Positions 9,308 to 18,678 of a stretch of DNA of 64,000 nucleotides are shown one piece after another. The position numbers and the translations under genes were made by a program. Below the pieces are notes generated by a model. That model saw only the letters and a list, made by a program, of their open reading frames with translations. It ran no database searches and was not told the origin of the DNA. Origin of the DNA: Burkholderiales bacterium (GTDB lineage: Bacteria > Pseudomonadota > Gammaproteobacteria > Burkholderiales > SG8-41); contig JAUXYA010000029.1 in assembly GCA_030684405.1 (NCBI GenBank), forward strand, positions 19,147-83,146, read 5' to 3'. Each line of letters begins with the position of its first letter. The first letter of the stretch is position 1.

Positions 9308-10366
9308 TCAGTCTTTCAACGAGAAGCCCAGCCCGGCTGTCTCCGGCACGTGCAGTAGGCCTTTTGAAAAAATAGGCTCGCTGGCGAAACGCTCGCGCAA
9401 CGCGCCATGCGCGCCATGCACCTCGAGCATGCCGCCGTGGGCATGACCCGCCATCGCCGGCAGGTTGGCGGCCTCGAAGCCGCCGGCTCCGGTGACCGGC
9501 ACACCGTGTGCCTCCGCCAGCGCGAGGATGCGCAGCATCGCGCTGATGCCGCCGCAGAAGGCGGCATTGGGCTGCAGCACGTCGAGCGCGCCGGCGGCCA
9601 GCGCATCGCGGAACCAGGTCACAGACTGGATCATCTGGCCCGAGGCCAGCGGCACCGGTGTTGCGCGGCGCAGTTCAGCGAGCGCAACGATGTCATTGCC
9701 ACGTACCGGTTCTTCAAAGAAGGCGATGTCGCAGTCGGCGACCTGCGTGGCCAGCCGCTTTGCCTCGGCTACGGTGTATGCACAGTTGGCGTCGAGCATC
9801 AGCGGCGCGTCGCCGATGGCCCTGCGCACCGCGCGGATGCGCTGCGCGTCTTCCGCAAGGCTGCGCCCGGTGCCGACAAGAATCTTCGCGCCGTGGAAAC
9901 CGGCGTCGAGAGCGGCTTTACAGGCAGCAACAAGCTCCGCTTCGCTGAATGCCGGCATGCCTGCCGTGGCATAGGCCGGCACGGCAGTGCGGGCGCCACC
10001 GATCAGTCGTGCCACCGGCTGATCCAGCGTCTTGCCCTTGATGTCCCACAGTGCGAGGTCCAGCGCTGACAGCGCCGACACGAACACGCCGGTGGCCTGG
10101 CGCGGATTGAACTGCTTCGCCAGTTTCAGGGTAAGGGCTTCGATATCCAGCGGGTCCATGCCTTTCGCCGCCGTGGCGATGCCGCCGTTAAGCAGGTGCG
10201 CGACCTGGTCGGCGAGGAAACGGCCGGTGAGGCCTACGCCGAACCTGCCCTCGTCGGTGGTGACTTTGCAGCGGAGGAAGGTCAGGCTTTCGCGGCCGGC
10301 ATAAGCGTCGGCGGCGCGGGCGGGTTTGATGTGTTCGACGGCGGCTTCGATGCGTTGAATATGCAT
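9308..10366 (-). CDS. mandelate racemase/muconate lactonizing enzyme family (enolase superfamily)
   Basis: 352 aa with ...ALWDIKGK...LMLDANCAYT...IAFFEEP...: an enolase-superfamily barrel with the metal-ligand pattern. Confidence 0.85.
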   Translation of the reverse strand: MHIQRIEAAVEHIKPARAADAYAGRESLTFLRCKVTTDEGRFGVGLTGRFLADQVAHLLNGGIATAAKGMDPLDIEALTLKLAKQFNPRQATGVFVSALSALDLALWDIKGKTLDQPVARLIGGARTAVPAYATAGMPAFSEAELVAACKAALDAGFHGAKILVGTGRSLAEDAQRIRAVRRAIGDAPLMLDANCAYTVAEAKRLATQVADCDIAFFEEPVRGNDIVALAELRRATPVPLASGQMIQSVTWFRDALAAGALDVLQPNAAFCGGISAMLRILALAEAHGVPVTGAGGFEAANLPAMAGHAHGGMLEVHGAHGALRERFASEPIFSKGLLHVPETAGLGFSLKD

Positions 10367-10433
10367 AGTATTCAGGGGTTGTGCGGGAGGCGCGGGATGG
10401 GGCGGAAGATGCGGCAGGCATTGTTACTTTAGC

Positions 10434-12800
10434 ATGCGTCTTATGAGTGTTTGGGTATACTGGCGCGCGATAAGAAGGGCGTCGAAGGGCGCTGGCACGC
10501 GGATGTTCCGCGGCATGAGGTCCGGTCAGTCAGGGGGAAGTTTGTCGTTCGATCACGGCAGTCAGGCCTTGGCGGGAGAACAGCCCGTACCCGGCGCGAG
10601 CAGATTGAAAACGGTACTTGGCGACCTCGCGGGCGGTTTTGCCGCAACGCTGATCGTCATACCGCAAGCCCTGGCCTTGGGCTTGCTGGCTTTTGCCGCG
10701 CTCGGTCCGGCATGGCTCGCGTTTGGACTGATTGCTGGCGTGCTGTCCTCTGTGGTCGGCAGCTTCGCCGCCGGTCTTGTCCCCGCAGGGCGTTGCCAGA
10801 TCATGGGCCCACGCACGTCCACCACGGTGGTTTTTGCGGGCATTCTGGTGACGCTGATCGCCCATCCGCTGCTGCAGACCGCGCAGGGCCCGGATGTCGT
10901 GCAAGTGCTCACGCTGGCCTTTGTCGCGGTGTTCCTGGCGGGCCTGTTTCAGATCGGATTCGGCTTGCTCGGCTTCGGGCGTGCCATCAAGTTCGTGCCG
11001 TATCCGGTGATCGCCGGTTTCATGAACGGCATCGCGTTGCTGATGTTCGTTTCGCAGATCGGTCCGGCGTTGGGCGTTGAAATCGGGAAGTCCGCCGCGA
11101 CGGTGCTGCAGGCGCCGGCGCCGAGCCATCTGGCGAGCCTGCTGGTGACGGCTGCCGTCATTGCCGCGGTGATTTTCAGTCCCCGCATCACTCGGCGTGT
11201 GCCGGCTCTGCTGTGCGGCCTGATTGCCGGTGTGGTGCTGCATTACCTGCTGGCCTGGATGTTGCCGGGCGCCGCCGGCCCGGTGATCGGCAAACTGCCA
11301 GAAATCGAGTTCGCGCCACGTGAGTTGGTCGCGATGGTCCGGCTTGCCGGGCGCGAAGAATTCATGGTCTGGGTGATGTTCCTGTTGCCCAGCGCGCTGT
11401 TGCTCGCTTCGGTGGCCTCGCTCGACGGCCTGCTCGCTGCGGTCAGCACCGATCCGGTGACGCGCAGCCGCCACGACAGCAACCGCCTGCTGCAGGGACA
11501 GGGCGCCGGCAGCGCGCTGGCGGCTGCGTTCGGCGCTCTGCCCCCGGTCACCGGCACCTATACCCGGGTAGCCAACTACCATAGCGGTGGCCGCACGCGG
11601 CTGTCGGCGCTGTTCCACGCCTTGCTGATGCTGGCCGCGGTATTGACATTGCAGCCGCTGGTGGCGCTCATCCCCGTCGCCGCCTTGGCCGGCGTCATCA
11701 TCTATACCGCGTGGACACTGATCGATCGCTGGACCCGCGATCTGCTGCGCCGCCTTGGCGCTGACGGCGTGGACCGGCGCGAAATCCTGCTCAACCTCGC
11801 GGTGGTCGCGGCTGTGGTGCTGTCGATGCTGCTGATCAACATCATGGTTGCCTTTGCCGTCGGCATCGCAGCAGCGGTTCTCCTGCTGTTGATCAAACTG
11901 AGCGGCTCGCCGGTACGCCGCGCGCTCGACGGCACGGTGCGCACTTCGCTCAAGGTGCGCAGCCCCGAGACAAGGGCACGGCTGCAGCCGCTGGCGCGGC
12001 AAATCCGCATTTTTGAGCTCGAGGGGACAATTTTCTTCGGCACGGCCGACCGACTGCAGAGCGACATCGAGAACCTGCCTGCCGGCACGCGTTACGTGGT
12101 CCTCGATTTTCGCCATGTCACCGATATCGACGCCAGCGGCGCGCGGGCGCTCGAAACCATCGGTTATACCGCTGCCCGCAGTGGCATACAGGTATTGTTG
12201 AGTCATCTGCGTGATGATGACACTCAGGGTCGTTTCCTCGCCGCACTCGGCATCGACGGCGCAGTGCAGCGACAATACTGGTTTCCCGATCTCGACCGTG
12301 CGCTGGAGTGGGCCGAGGACCGCCTGCTCGGGCAGGAGCGTTTTGAGGACGGCCCGGAACTCACACCGCAGGAGATGGCGCTGTTCGCAGGGTTGGACGC
12401 CGAGGAGGCCGTGCGGGTGATCGCGCTGCTGGAACGGCACGAACTTGCTCACGGCGAAGCGGTGTTCAAGGAAGGCGACGCCGGCGACCGCATGTACCTG
12501 ATCGCCCGCGGCGCGGTCAGCATCAAGGTGCGGCTCGCCGACGCCGCGCGCGCGCGCCGGCTGGCGACTTTCGTGCCCGGCGTTTTTTTTGGGGAGATGT
12601 CGATGATAGAAGGCGGACAGCGCTCAGCCGACGCCTTTGCCAAGGGTGATCACGTGGTGCTGTATTCGCTGGGCGCTGCACAATTGGCGCAGCTGGTGCG
12701 GCAATACCCGCTAACCGGCGTCAAGCTCTACCGCAACCTCAACCGGGAAATCGCCGCGCGTCTGCGCGTAACCAGCGAAGCGCTGCGTGCGCTCGAATAG
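10434..12800 (+). CDS. SulP-family anion transporter fused to STAS and cyclic-nucleotide-binding domains
   Basis: Polytopic N-terminal region (LAGGFAATLIVIPQALALG...), a STAS-like segment (IRIFELEGTIFFGTADRL), and a C-terminal cNMP-binding pattern (GDRMYLIARGAVSI...FFGEMSMI). The true start may be an internal Met near 10503 or 10515. Confidence 0.85.
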   Translation: MRLMSVWVYWRAIRRASKGAGTRMFRGMRSGQSGGSLSFDHGSQALAGEQPVPGASRLKTVLGDLAGGFAATLIVIPQALALGLLAFAALGPAWLAFGLIAGVLSSVVGSFAAGLVPAGRCQIMGPRTSTTVVFAGILVTLIAHPLLQTAQGPDVVQVLTLAFVAVFLAGLFQIGFGLLGFGRAIKFVPYPVIAGFMNGIALLMFVSQIGPALGVEIGKSAATVLQAPAPSHLASLLVTAAVIAAVIFSPRITRRVPALLCGLIAGVVLHYLLAWMLPGAAGPVIGKLPEIEFAPRELVAMVRLAGREEFMVWVMFLLPSALLLASVASLDGLLAAVSTDPVTRSRHDSNRLLQGQGAGSALAAAFGALPPVTGTYTRVANYHSGGRTRLSALFHALLMLAAVLTLQPLVALIPVAALAGVIIYTAWTLIDRWTRDLLRRLGADGVDRREILLNLAVVAAVVLSMLLINIMVAFAVGIAAAVLLLLIKLSGSPVRRALDGTVRTSLKVRSPETRARLQPLARQIRIFELEGTIFFGTADRLQSDIENLPAGTRYVVLDFRHVTDIDASGARALETIGYTAARSGIQVLLSHLRDDDTQGRFLAALGIDGAVQRQYWFPDLDRALEWAEDRLLGQERFEDGPELTPQEMALFAGLDAEEAVRVIALLERHELAHGEAVFKEGDAGDRMYLIARGAVSIKVRLADAARARRLATFVPGVFFGEMSMIEGGQRSADAFAKGDHVVLYSLGAAQLAQLVRQYPLTGVKLYRNLNREIAARLRVTSEALRALE

Positions 12801-12806
12801 CCCGGC

Positions 12807-13541
12807 CTAGTTCAGCGTTGCCGCAATCTTGCGGATGTCCTCCGGCGAGCGTTCACCGGCGAGCGGCGTGCCGGGCATCAGGTATTTGCCCATGGCGGCC
12901 AGACCGCCGACCAGCACCGGCTCGAAACCGGCATCGCGCACCAGCCGTGTGGCCACTGCGATCGCTGCGGGATCGTCGCCCGCCATCGGCATGCCCGAAC
13001 GCGGGCCCTGGCGCTGAGCGGCCTCTGCCATGCGGGCGGCGCCGACTGCATTGAAGGCGCGCACGATGCGCGCACCGGGCAGCAGTTCTGCTGATGCCAC
13101 TCCGGCACCCTTTTCACGCGCCCAGTTCGCAATCTCGCCGTCACGGTTGGGAAAAGGATTGCAGGTGTCGATCACCATCTTGCCCTTGAGTAGCGCACCG
13201 AGATCCTTGCCGAGCTGCGGAAGCGCGCCGTAGGGCACCGAGATCAGCAGGATTTCGCCGAAGGCTGCGGCCTCGCGCGGCGTGCCGGCACGGGCGTTGG
13301 TGCCGACAACCGCAGCGAGTTTTCGGTCGTGTTCGATGTCCAGCGAGGAAAACATCACTGTATGCCCGGCTTTGGCCCAGGACGTGCCCAGCGCGCTGCC
13401 GACACGACCCGAGCCGATGATGCCGATGCGCAGCGCAAGCGCGGCTTCGGCGGCGATGACGCGGGCAGGGACGGCCTGCGCGATTGCGGCGACAGCGGCA
13501 AGCTGCAGGAAGCGGCGACGGTCAGGTCTCGTTATATCCAT
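12807..13541 (-). CDS. NADP oxidoreductase, F420-dependent/NpdG-like Rossmann protein with twin-arginine signal
   Basis: DRRRFLQLAAVAAIAQA (Tat-like) followed by RIGIIGSGRVGSALG (dinucleotide fold) and ...IVRAFN... Confidence 0.75.
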   Translation of the reverse strand: MDITRPDRRRFLQLAAVAAIAQAVPARVIAAEAALALRIGIIGSGRVGSALGTSWAKAGHTVMFSSLDIEHDRKLAAVVGTNARAGTPREAAAFGEILLISVPYGALPQLGKDLGALLKGKMVIDTCNPFPNRDGEIANWAREKGAGVASAELLPGARIVRAFNAVGAARMAEAAQRQGPRSGMPMAGDDPAAIAVATRLVRDAGFEPVLVGGLAAMGKYLMPGTPLAGERSPEDIRKIAATLN

Positions 13542-13647
13542 GTCGGTATTCTCCAGTAAGGCAGTGGCTGCGGCCCGTCACGTTCGCGCCGGGCTGCAGT
13601 GTTGGTGGCCTTGCGGTTTCCTGCCCTGGATCGAGCCGGGCGGGTTA

Positions 13648-14508
13648 TCAGCGCACGATCAGGACTGGCGCGCGTGCCGCGGCCAGAGTTTTCTGGGTCA
13701 CGGAACCGAGCAGCAGGCTGGTCATGCTGCCGCGGCCATGTGAACCCATCACGATCAGGCTGGCATGATTGCCGCGCGCATGGTCGGCGAGGCGTTCGCC
13801 CGGGTCCCCCGTAACATTCAAGGCCTTGTATTTCACGCCGACCTTGTCCAGCAGCCGTTTCGCCGGCCGCATTGCCCGTTCGTTGTCGGTCTGGCGTTGG
13901 CTTTCCAGGATCCTTTCGACCGCCGTCAGCATCCGCCCCGGCGGCGGGCTGACATGCATCAGCGTGATGCGGCCTTGCGGCGCGAACTGGGCGCGGTGGC
14001 GCAGCAGGTATGCCACGGCGCGGCGCGTGTACGCGCTGCCGTCGACGGCCACCAGCACTTCGCCTTTTTCCGGCGGCAGCTGCCCCTCCCGGATCACCAG
14101 CAAGGGCGTTCCGCAGTTGGCGATTACCGCCTGGGTGACGGAACCCAGCAGCAGGCCCTTGGCGGCACCGAGGCCATGGGAGCCCATCACGAGGAGGTCT
14201 GCACCCATGCTTTCGGCATACTCAGGGATAACCTTGCCGGGGTAGCCTGGCATGCGCAACGCGTTGCAGGGAATGCCGCGCTGGTCGAGCAATTTCCGCG
14301 CGCTCTTTTGCGCGGCTTCGGCTTCGCTCTGGTAATACGCCTCGACCACGGTGCGTCCTACGGCGGAAGCGGCTCGCGGCGGGACGCGGCTGTGCACATG
14401 TAGCAGGGTGATCTCGGCGTCTTCGAGGCTGGGCCACAGCCGCTCCGCCACGTAGCGCACGGCATTCAGCGAATGTTTGCTGCCGTCGACAGGAAGCAGG
14501 ATTTTCAT
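13648..14508 (-). CDS. tandem universal stress protein (UspA family)
   Basis: Internal Met MKILLPVDGS, with an AGGAGA RBS 5 nt upstream. Two Usp repeats each end in GSHG...LLGSVT.... Confidence 0.85.
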   Translation of the reverse strand: MKILLPVDGSKHSLNAVRYVAERLWPSLEDAEITLLHVHSRVPPRAASAVGRTVVEAYYQSEAEAAQKSARKLLDQRGIPCNALRMPGYPGKVIPEYAESMGADLLVMGSHGLGAAKGLLLGSVTQAVIANCGTPLLVIREGQLPPEKGEVLVAVDGSAYTRRAVAYLLRHRAQFAPQGRITLMHVSPPPGRMLTAVERILESQRQTDNERAMRPAKRLLDKVGVKYKALNVTGDPGERLADHARGNHASLIVMGSHGRGSMTSLLLGSVTQKTLAAARAPVLIVR

Positions 14509-14739
14509 GGTTCTCCTTTGATGGTTCAGCGGTTCAGGACCGGTCCGGGGCTGGGCAGGACGGATTCTGCTTCCTGCCCGCCTTGTCCCCGGTCTTGGAA
14601 TCGATATTGTGTTCGCAAGTTCAATGTTCACCGCCGGAGCGGCGATGGAAATTCAGGGTACCATCAATAATTCGGCGCGCCATCCATAAGTATGATGCTG
14701 CCTATTCCCATTGTTCATTCTCCATCACAAGACACCGCC

Positions 14740-15174
14740 ATGAACAGCAATTTCGCCCGCCGTATCGCCGCCATGAATGCCATGTACAAACTGCCGGCCA
14801 GTGACCGCCCTGTGCTTCCCGAGGACCTGGTCGGCCGCCTGCACGGGTTCAAGGCGACGCTGCTCGACGAAGTGCATGAAATCGACGATATCGTTGAACT
14901 TGCCAAAAACGGCGCGCCGCAGTCCGACATCCTGGTGGCGATGGCCGACCTGCTCGGCGACATCATCGTCTACTGCCGCTCCGAAGCGCTGAAATACGGC
15001 CTGCCTCTGGAGGACGTGCTCGACATCATCATGGACAGCAACGAAAGCAAGCTCGGTGCTGACGGCAAGCCGATCTACGATGCCAACGGCAAGTTTCTCA
15101 AGGGCCCCGATTACTGGAAGCCCGAACCGAAGATCCGCGCGCTGCTCGAAACGGCAGTCCCACCCGCCAGCTGA
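14740..15174 (+). CDS. MazG-like all-alpha nucleotide pyrophosphohydrolase family protein
   Basis: Internal Met MNSNF. It has the segments ...LLDEVHEIDD... and ...MADLLGDIIVY...; the assignment is by resemblance only. Confidence 0.55.
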   Translation: MNSNFARRIAAMNAMYKLPASDRPVLPEDLVGRLHGFKATLLDEVHEIDDIVELAKNGAPQSDILVAMADLLGDIIVYCRSEALKYGLPLEDVLDIIMDSNESKLGADGKPIYDANGKFLKGPDYWKPEPKIRALLETAVPPAS

Positions 15175-15207
15175 GTTCCCCCGGCCGCTACCGGGCGGCG
15201 CATCGCT

Positions 15208-16185
15208 TTAATCGAGCCGGATGTTCGCGGTCTTGATGACTTTCGCCCACTTGTCGATTTCGCTGCGCATGTATTTCCCCAGTTCCTCCGGCGAACTGCC
15301 CTCGGGTTCGACGCCCGACTTGGTCAGGAAATCGCGTATGCCGGGGTCGGCGAGCACCTTGCGGAATTCCTCGTTGAGTCGTGCCACGATTTCGCGCGGT
15401 GTGCCCTTGGGTGCAAGCATGCCGTACCAGACGCCGGAGTCGTAGCCGGGAAGCCCGGACTCTGCCGCCGTCGGCACATCAGGCATGCTGTTCACGCGTT
15501 TGGTGGTGCTGACCGCGATTGCACGCAGCCGTCCGGCTTGCAGGTGGCCGGCAGATGCGATCGGCGTCGCAAACAGCAGCTGGGTCTGCCCGGAGATGGT
15601 GTCCACCAGCGCCGGGCCGCCGCCCTTGTACGGCACGTGCACGATGCTGATGCCTGCCATCGTATTGAGCAGCTCGCTTGCGAGATGGGCACCGGAGCCG
15701 TTGCCCGAGGATGCATAGAACAATTCGCCAGGACGTTTCTTCGCGATCGTGATCACGTCCCTCAGGGACTTCACGGGCAGGGACGGGTGCGCTACCAGCA
15801 GGTAGGCGCCGTTGGCGAGCAGCGTGATCGGCTCGAAATCGCGCACCGGGTCATAGGGGAGCTTCCGGTAGAGGCCTGGATTGACCGCGAGTTGCGCAGT
15901 CAGTCCCATCACCACGGTGTAGCCATCCGGCGCGGAACGCGCAGCGGCTTCCATGCCGATGTTGCCGCCGGCGCCGCCGCGATTGTCGACGATGACCTGC
16001 TGCCCGATGTTCTCCGACATCTTGCGTGCGAAGGGCCGCGCGATGGTGTCGCTGCCGCCGCCTGGCGGGTAGGGCAGGATCAGCCGTATCGGTTTGGCCG
16101 GAAAACTCTGCGCAAACGAAGGCGCCGTGATGGCGAGACTTGAGGTGCACACACACATGAATAGTAAGTATTTGATTTTATTCAC
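15208..16185 (-). CDS. Bug-family (TctC-like) substrate-binding protein
   Basis: Signal peptide followed by FPAKPIRLILPYPPGGGSDTIARP...DNRGGAGG...PDGYT. Confidence 0.9.
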   Translation of the reverse strand: MNKIKYLLFMCVCTSSLAITAPSFAQSFPAKPIRLILPYPPGGGSDTIARPFARKMSENIGQQVIVDNRGGAGGNIGMEAAARSAPDGYTVVMGLTAQLAVNPGLYRKLPYDPVRDFEPITLLANGAYLLVAHPSLPVKSLRDVITIAKKRPGELFYASSGNGSGAHLASELLNTMAGISIVHVPYKGGGPALVDTISGQTQLLFATPIASAGHLQAGRLRAIAVSTTKRVNSMPDVPTAAESGLPGYDSGVWYGMLAPKGTPREIVARLNEEFRKVLADPGIRDFLTKSGVEPEGSSPEELGKYMRSEIDKWAKVIKTANIRLD

Positions 16186-16231
16186 TATTTAATCCTCCTC
16201 GGGGTAAGTTGGCCGACTTGGCTTGTACTAT

Positions 16232-17383
16232 TTACGCCCGCCCGTCGTGACTGCTGATGGCAATCACCGCGCGCGCATTCGAACGATTGCTCCAGGCATG
16301 GCGCACACCTTTTAGCAGCGCCACTTCACCGGCCCGGAAAACAAGCTCCTGTTCGTCGAGTATCAGTACCGCCTCGCCTTCCAGGATCACACAATAATCG
16401 AAGCTCAGGGTCTTCTGCGCGTATGGATGTGCGCCGGCATGCCAGGCACAGGCGCCGGGCGAACCTGCACTCGAAAAATAGCGGCGGACCGCGTCCTCAC
16501 TGACCTTGCCCTGCCACGTCGCGTCGGGCGGAAGGATGTCGACGCGGAAAGTGGTACCGCCGTTTTTCGGTTCCAGCGTGCGTGGCAGGTGCAGGGTCTC
16601 GCGCACGATGCGGGCGGGACAGCTGTCGGTCGTCCACATGCGCTGCGAAGCGAAGCCGGGGCGCGCCGGATCGAGCAGGACATCGGGACAGGGGCCGTCG
16701 CTGACGATCTCACTGCGGCCATCGGAGGGCCGATCAATGGTGACGATGCGGCGGCTGAGCCGGATGCCGGGCGGCGCGGATTTCGGCGCAAGCGGCGCGT
16801 CGTTGCCGATTGCCGTGCCGATGCCGCCGGGGAAATCTGCGCCGATCATGTCGAAGGCCATCTGGGCGTCGGTCGGATAAGCCCATTCATGCCAGGCACC
16901 GACCTGGATCACGATGTCGCCGGGCTGCATCAGCACCGTTCCTTCGTCGAGCCGCAGTTCGCGGTTGCCGTTGAGCATCATCCCGTAGTCAACCGTCTGC
17001 GTCTTGTGCATTGACGAGGTGTAGAGGCTGTTGCCGCCGCGGTCCCAGGTACCCGTGGTGCCGGGCCTCAGCTTCGGTGGATGATGGGGCACGACTTCCG
17101 GATCCCTGGTCGGATCGTAATCTGCAGGGCGGCCGACGCTTTGCACTACGCGCAGGTGACCCCCACGAGGTTCTCCCGGAAACCGGTATTTCAGCAGGCC
17201 ATCGTCGCTGCTGCCGCCAAGTGCCATCGGCGAATCGTTCCAGACCCAGAGGTCGGTATGGCCGCGTCCCGCCGACATTGACGAGGGATGTGCGTTGGGC
17301 GCGGAGCCGTCAAACTGCACGGCGGATCTGCCGGCAGGATTGTTGCCGGCGACGAGGCGGCGGATGGGTTTCAAGCTAGACAT
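16232..17383 (-). CDS. bicupin-domain protein
   Basis: Internal Met MSSLKP (plus cat 17381-17383). Two cupin-like segments are present (GDIVIQVGAWHEW; GEVALLKGVRHAWSN). Confidence 0.65.
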   Translation of the reverse strand: MSSLKPIRRLVAGNNPAGRSAVQFDGSAPNAHPSSMSAGRGHTDLWVWNDSPMALGGSSDDGLLKYRFPGEPRGGHLRVVQSVGRPADYDPTRDPEVVPHHPPKLRPGTTGTWDRGGNSLYTSSMHKTQTVDYGMMLNGNRELRLDEGTVLMQPGDIVIQVGAWHEWAYPTDAQMAFDMIGADFPGGIGTAIGNDAPLAPKSAPPGIRLSRRIVTIDRPSDGRSEIVSDGPCPDVLLDPARPGFASQRMWTTDSCPARIVRETLHLPRTLEPKNGGTTFRVDILPPDATWQGKVSEDAVRRYFSSAGSPGACAWHAGAHPYAQKTLSFDYCVILEGEAVLILDEQELVFRAGEVALLKGVRHAWSNRSNARAVIAISSHDGRA

Positions 17384-17621
17384 GGTGGATGCTTTCGAGA
17401 GTCCTGTGTAGTGATCGACACGAGTTGATGCTGAAGGGGGAATGATATGCAAATCCTCTGGTTTCGGCATTCTGAATCCAGACTCTGGACGATGTGTGCA
17501 GTGTTGCTTTACTTGCACTTACAGTAGTGACGTGAGCATCGCCAATCCCCGCGATCGGATAAACGGCAATCCTACTGTCCGTTCGTGACCTCGTTAAATT
17601 TCAAGTAAAGGGAGAAAAAGC

Positions 17622-18593
17622 ATGCGTCTGATTTCCGTTGTCGTCGCGGGTGTCCTGTGGGCCTTGCTCCCGGTGAGTGCACTTGCACAGACGGGCGCTT
17701 ACCCGGTTCGTCCGCTACGTTTCGTCCTTCCCTTTCCTGCCGGCGGTGCCACCGACACAATCGGTCGATCAATTGCGCAGAAACTCAGCGAATCAATGGG
17801 CCACAACGTGCTGGTGGACAACCGTCCTGGCGCCGGCGGTAATCTCGGAGTGGAGCTCGTGGCCAAATCCGCGGCCGATGGATACACGCTTCTGCTCTGT
17901 TCACCGACCTGTGCGATCAGCCCGAGCCTGCATTCGCGCCTGAATTACGATCCGCAGCGGGATCTTGCACCAATCAGTCTGGTTGCGACGATTCCGACGT
18001 TGTTGGTTGTCAATCCAGCCGTGCCAGCGAAATCCCTGCAGGAACTTCTGGCTCTCGCACGTGCGAGGCCGGGTCAGCTTAATTACGGCTCGGGCGGTGT
18101 TGGATCTTCAAACCACCTCGCGATGGAACTGCTGAAGTCTCTGGCTCGAATCGATATCGTTCATGTCGCCTACAAGGGTACCGGCCAAGCCCTCAACTCG
18201 CTGGCTGCGGGGGAAATCCAGATGGTTGGGATCAGTCCGCCAGCCGTCTTGCCCCTGCTGTCTGCGGGCAAGGTGAGGGTTCTGGCAGTACTGCGCGAAA
18301 AACGCATTCCGGCGCTGCCCGAGGTACCAACCGCTGCGGAGGCCGGCTTGCCGGGGCTCATCGTCAATACCTGGTACGGAATGCTGACTCGCAGTGGAAC
18401 GCCGGAGCCGCGAATCGCTTTACTCAATACCCGGGTCGGTGTCGCGCTGAAGGCGACTGATACAAGGGAAAGGCTCGCCAGCGTTGGTGTCGAAGCAGCA
18501 GGCAGTACGCCACTATACTTTGGCGACTTCATGAAATCCGAAATCGTTCGGCTGGGCCGGATCGTGCGCGAAGCCGGTATAAGGGCAGAGTAA
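17622..18593 (+). CDS. Bug-family (TctC-like) substrate-binding protein
   Basis: Signal peptide followed by YPVRPLRFVLPFPAGGATDTIGRS...DNRPGAGGN...ADGYT. Confidence 0.9.
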   Translation: MRLISVVVAGVLWALLPVSALAQTGAYPVRPLRFVLPFPAGGATDTIGRSIAQKLSESMGHNVLVDNRPGAGGNLGVELVAKSAADGYTLLLCSPTCAISPSLHSRLNYDPQRDLAPISLVATIPTLLVVNPAVPAKSLQELLALARARPGQLNYGSGGVGSSNHLAMELLKSLARIDIVHVAYKGTGQALNSLAAGEIQMVGISPPAVLPLLSAGKVRVLAVLREKRIPALPEVPTAAEAGLPGLIVNTWYGMLTRSGTPEPRIALLNTRVGVALKATDTRERLASVGVEAAGSTPLYFGDFMKSEIVRLGRIVREAGIRAE

Positions 18594-18678
18594 TCGCATC
18601 CCGCATGCCCCGTTGTCAGAAATAAGTCGAATATAAAGTCAGACATAATCGTCCTTTCCGTTCTTTTGCAGAGACACC

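Noticed and set aside
10530-12452. 640-aa minus-strand ORF, the longest alternative ORF in the window
   Set aside because: It lies entirely antisense to the SulP transporter gene. Its translation is Arg/Gln/His/Asp-rich low complexity with no recognisable motifs. This is a typical shadow ORF of GC-rich DNA.
14740-15174. Possibility that the MazG-like protein is a phage-type MazZ (Z-genome) enzyme
   Set aside because: There are no PurZ, DatZ or phage genes nearby. The gene sits among ordinary chromosomal genes, and the resemblance is only to the general all-alpha NTP-pyrophosphatase fold.
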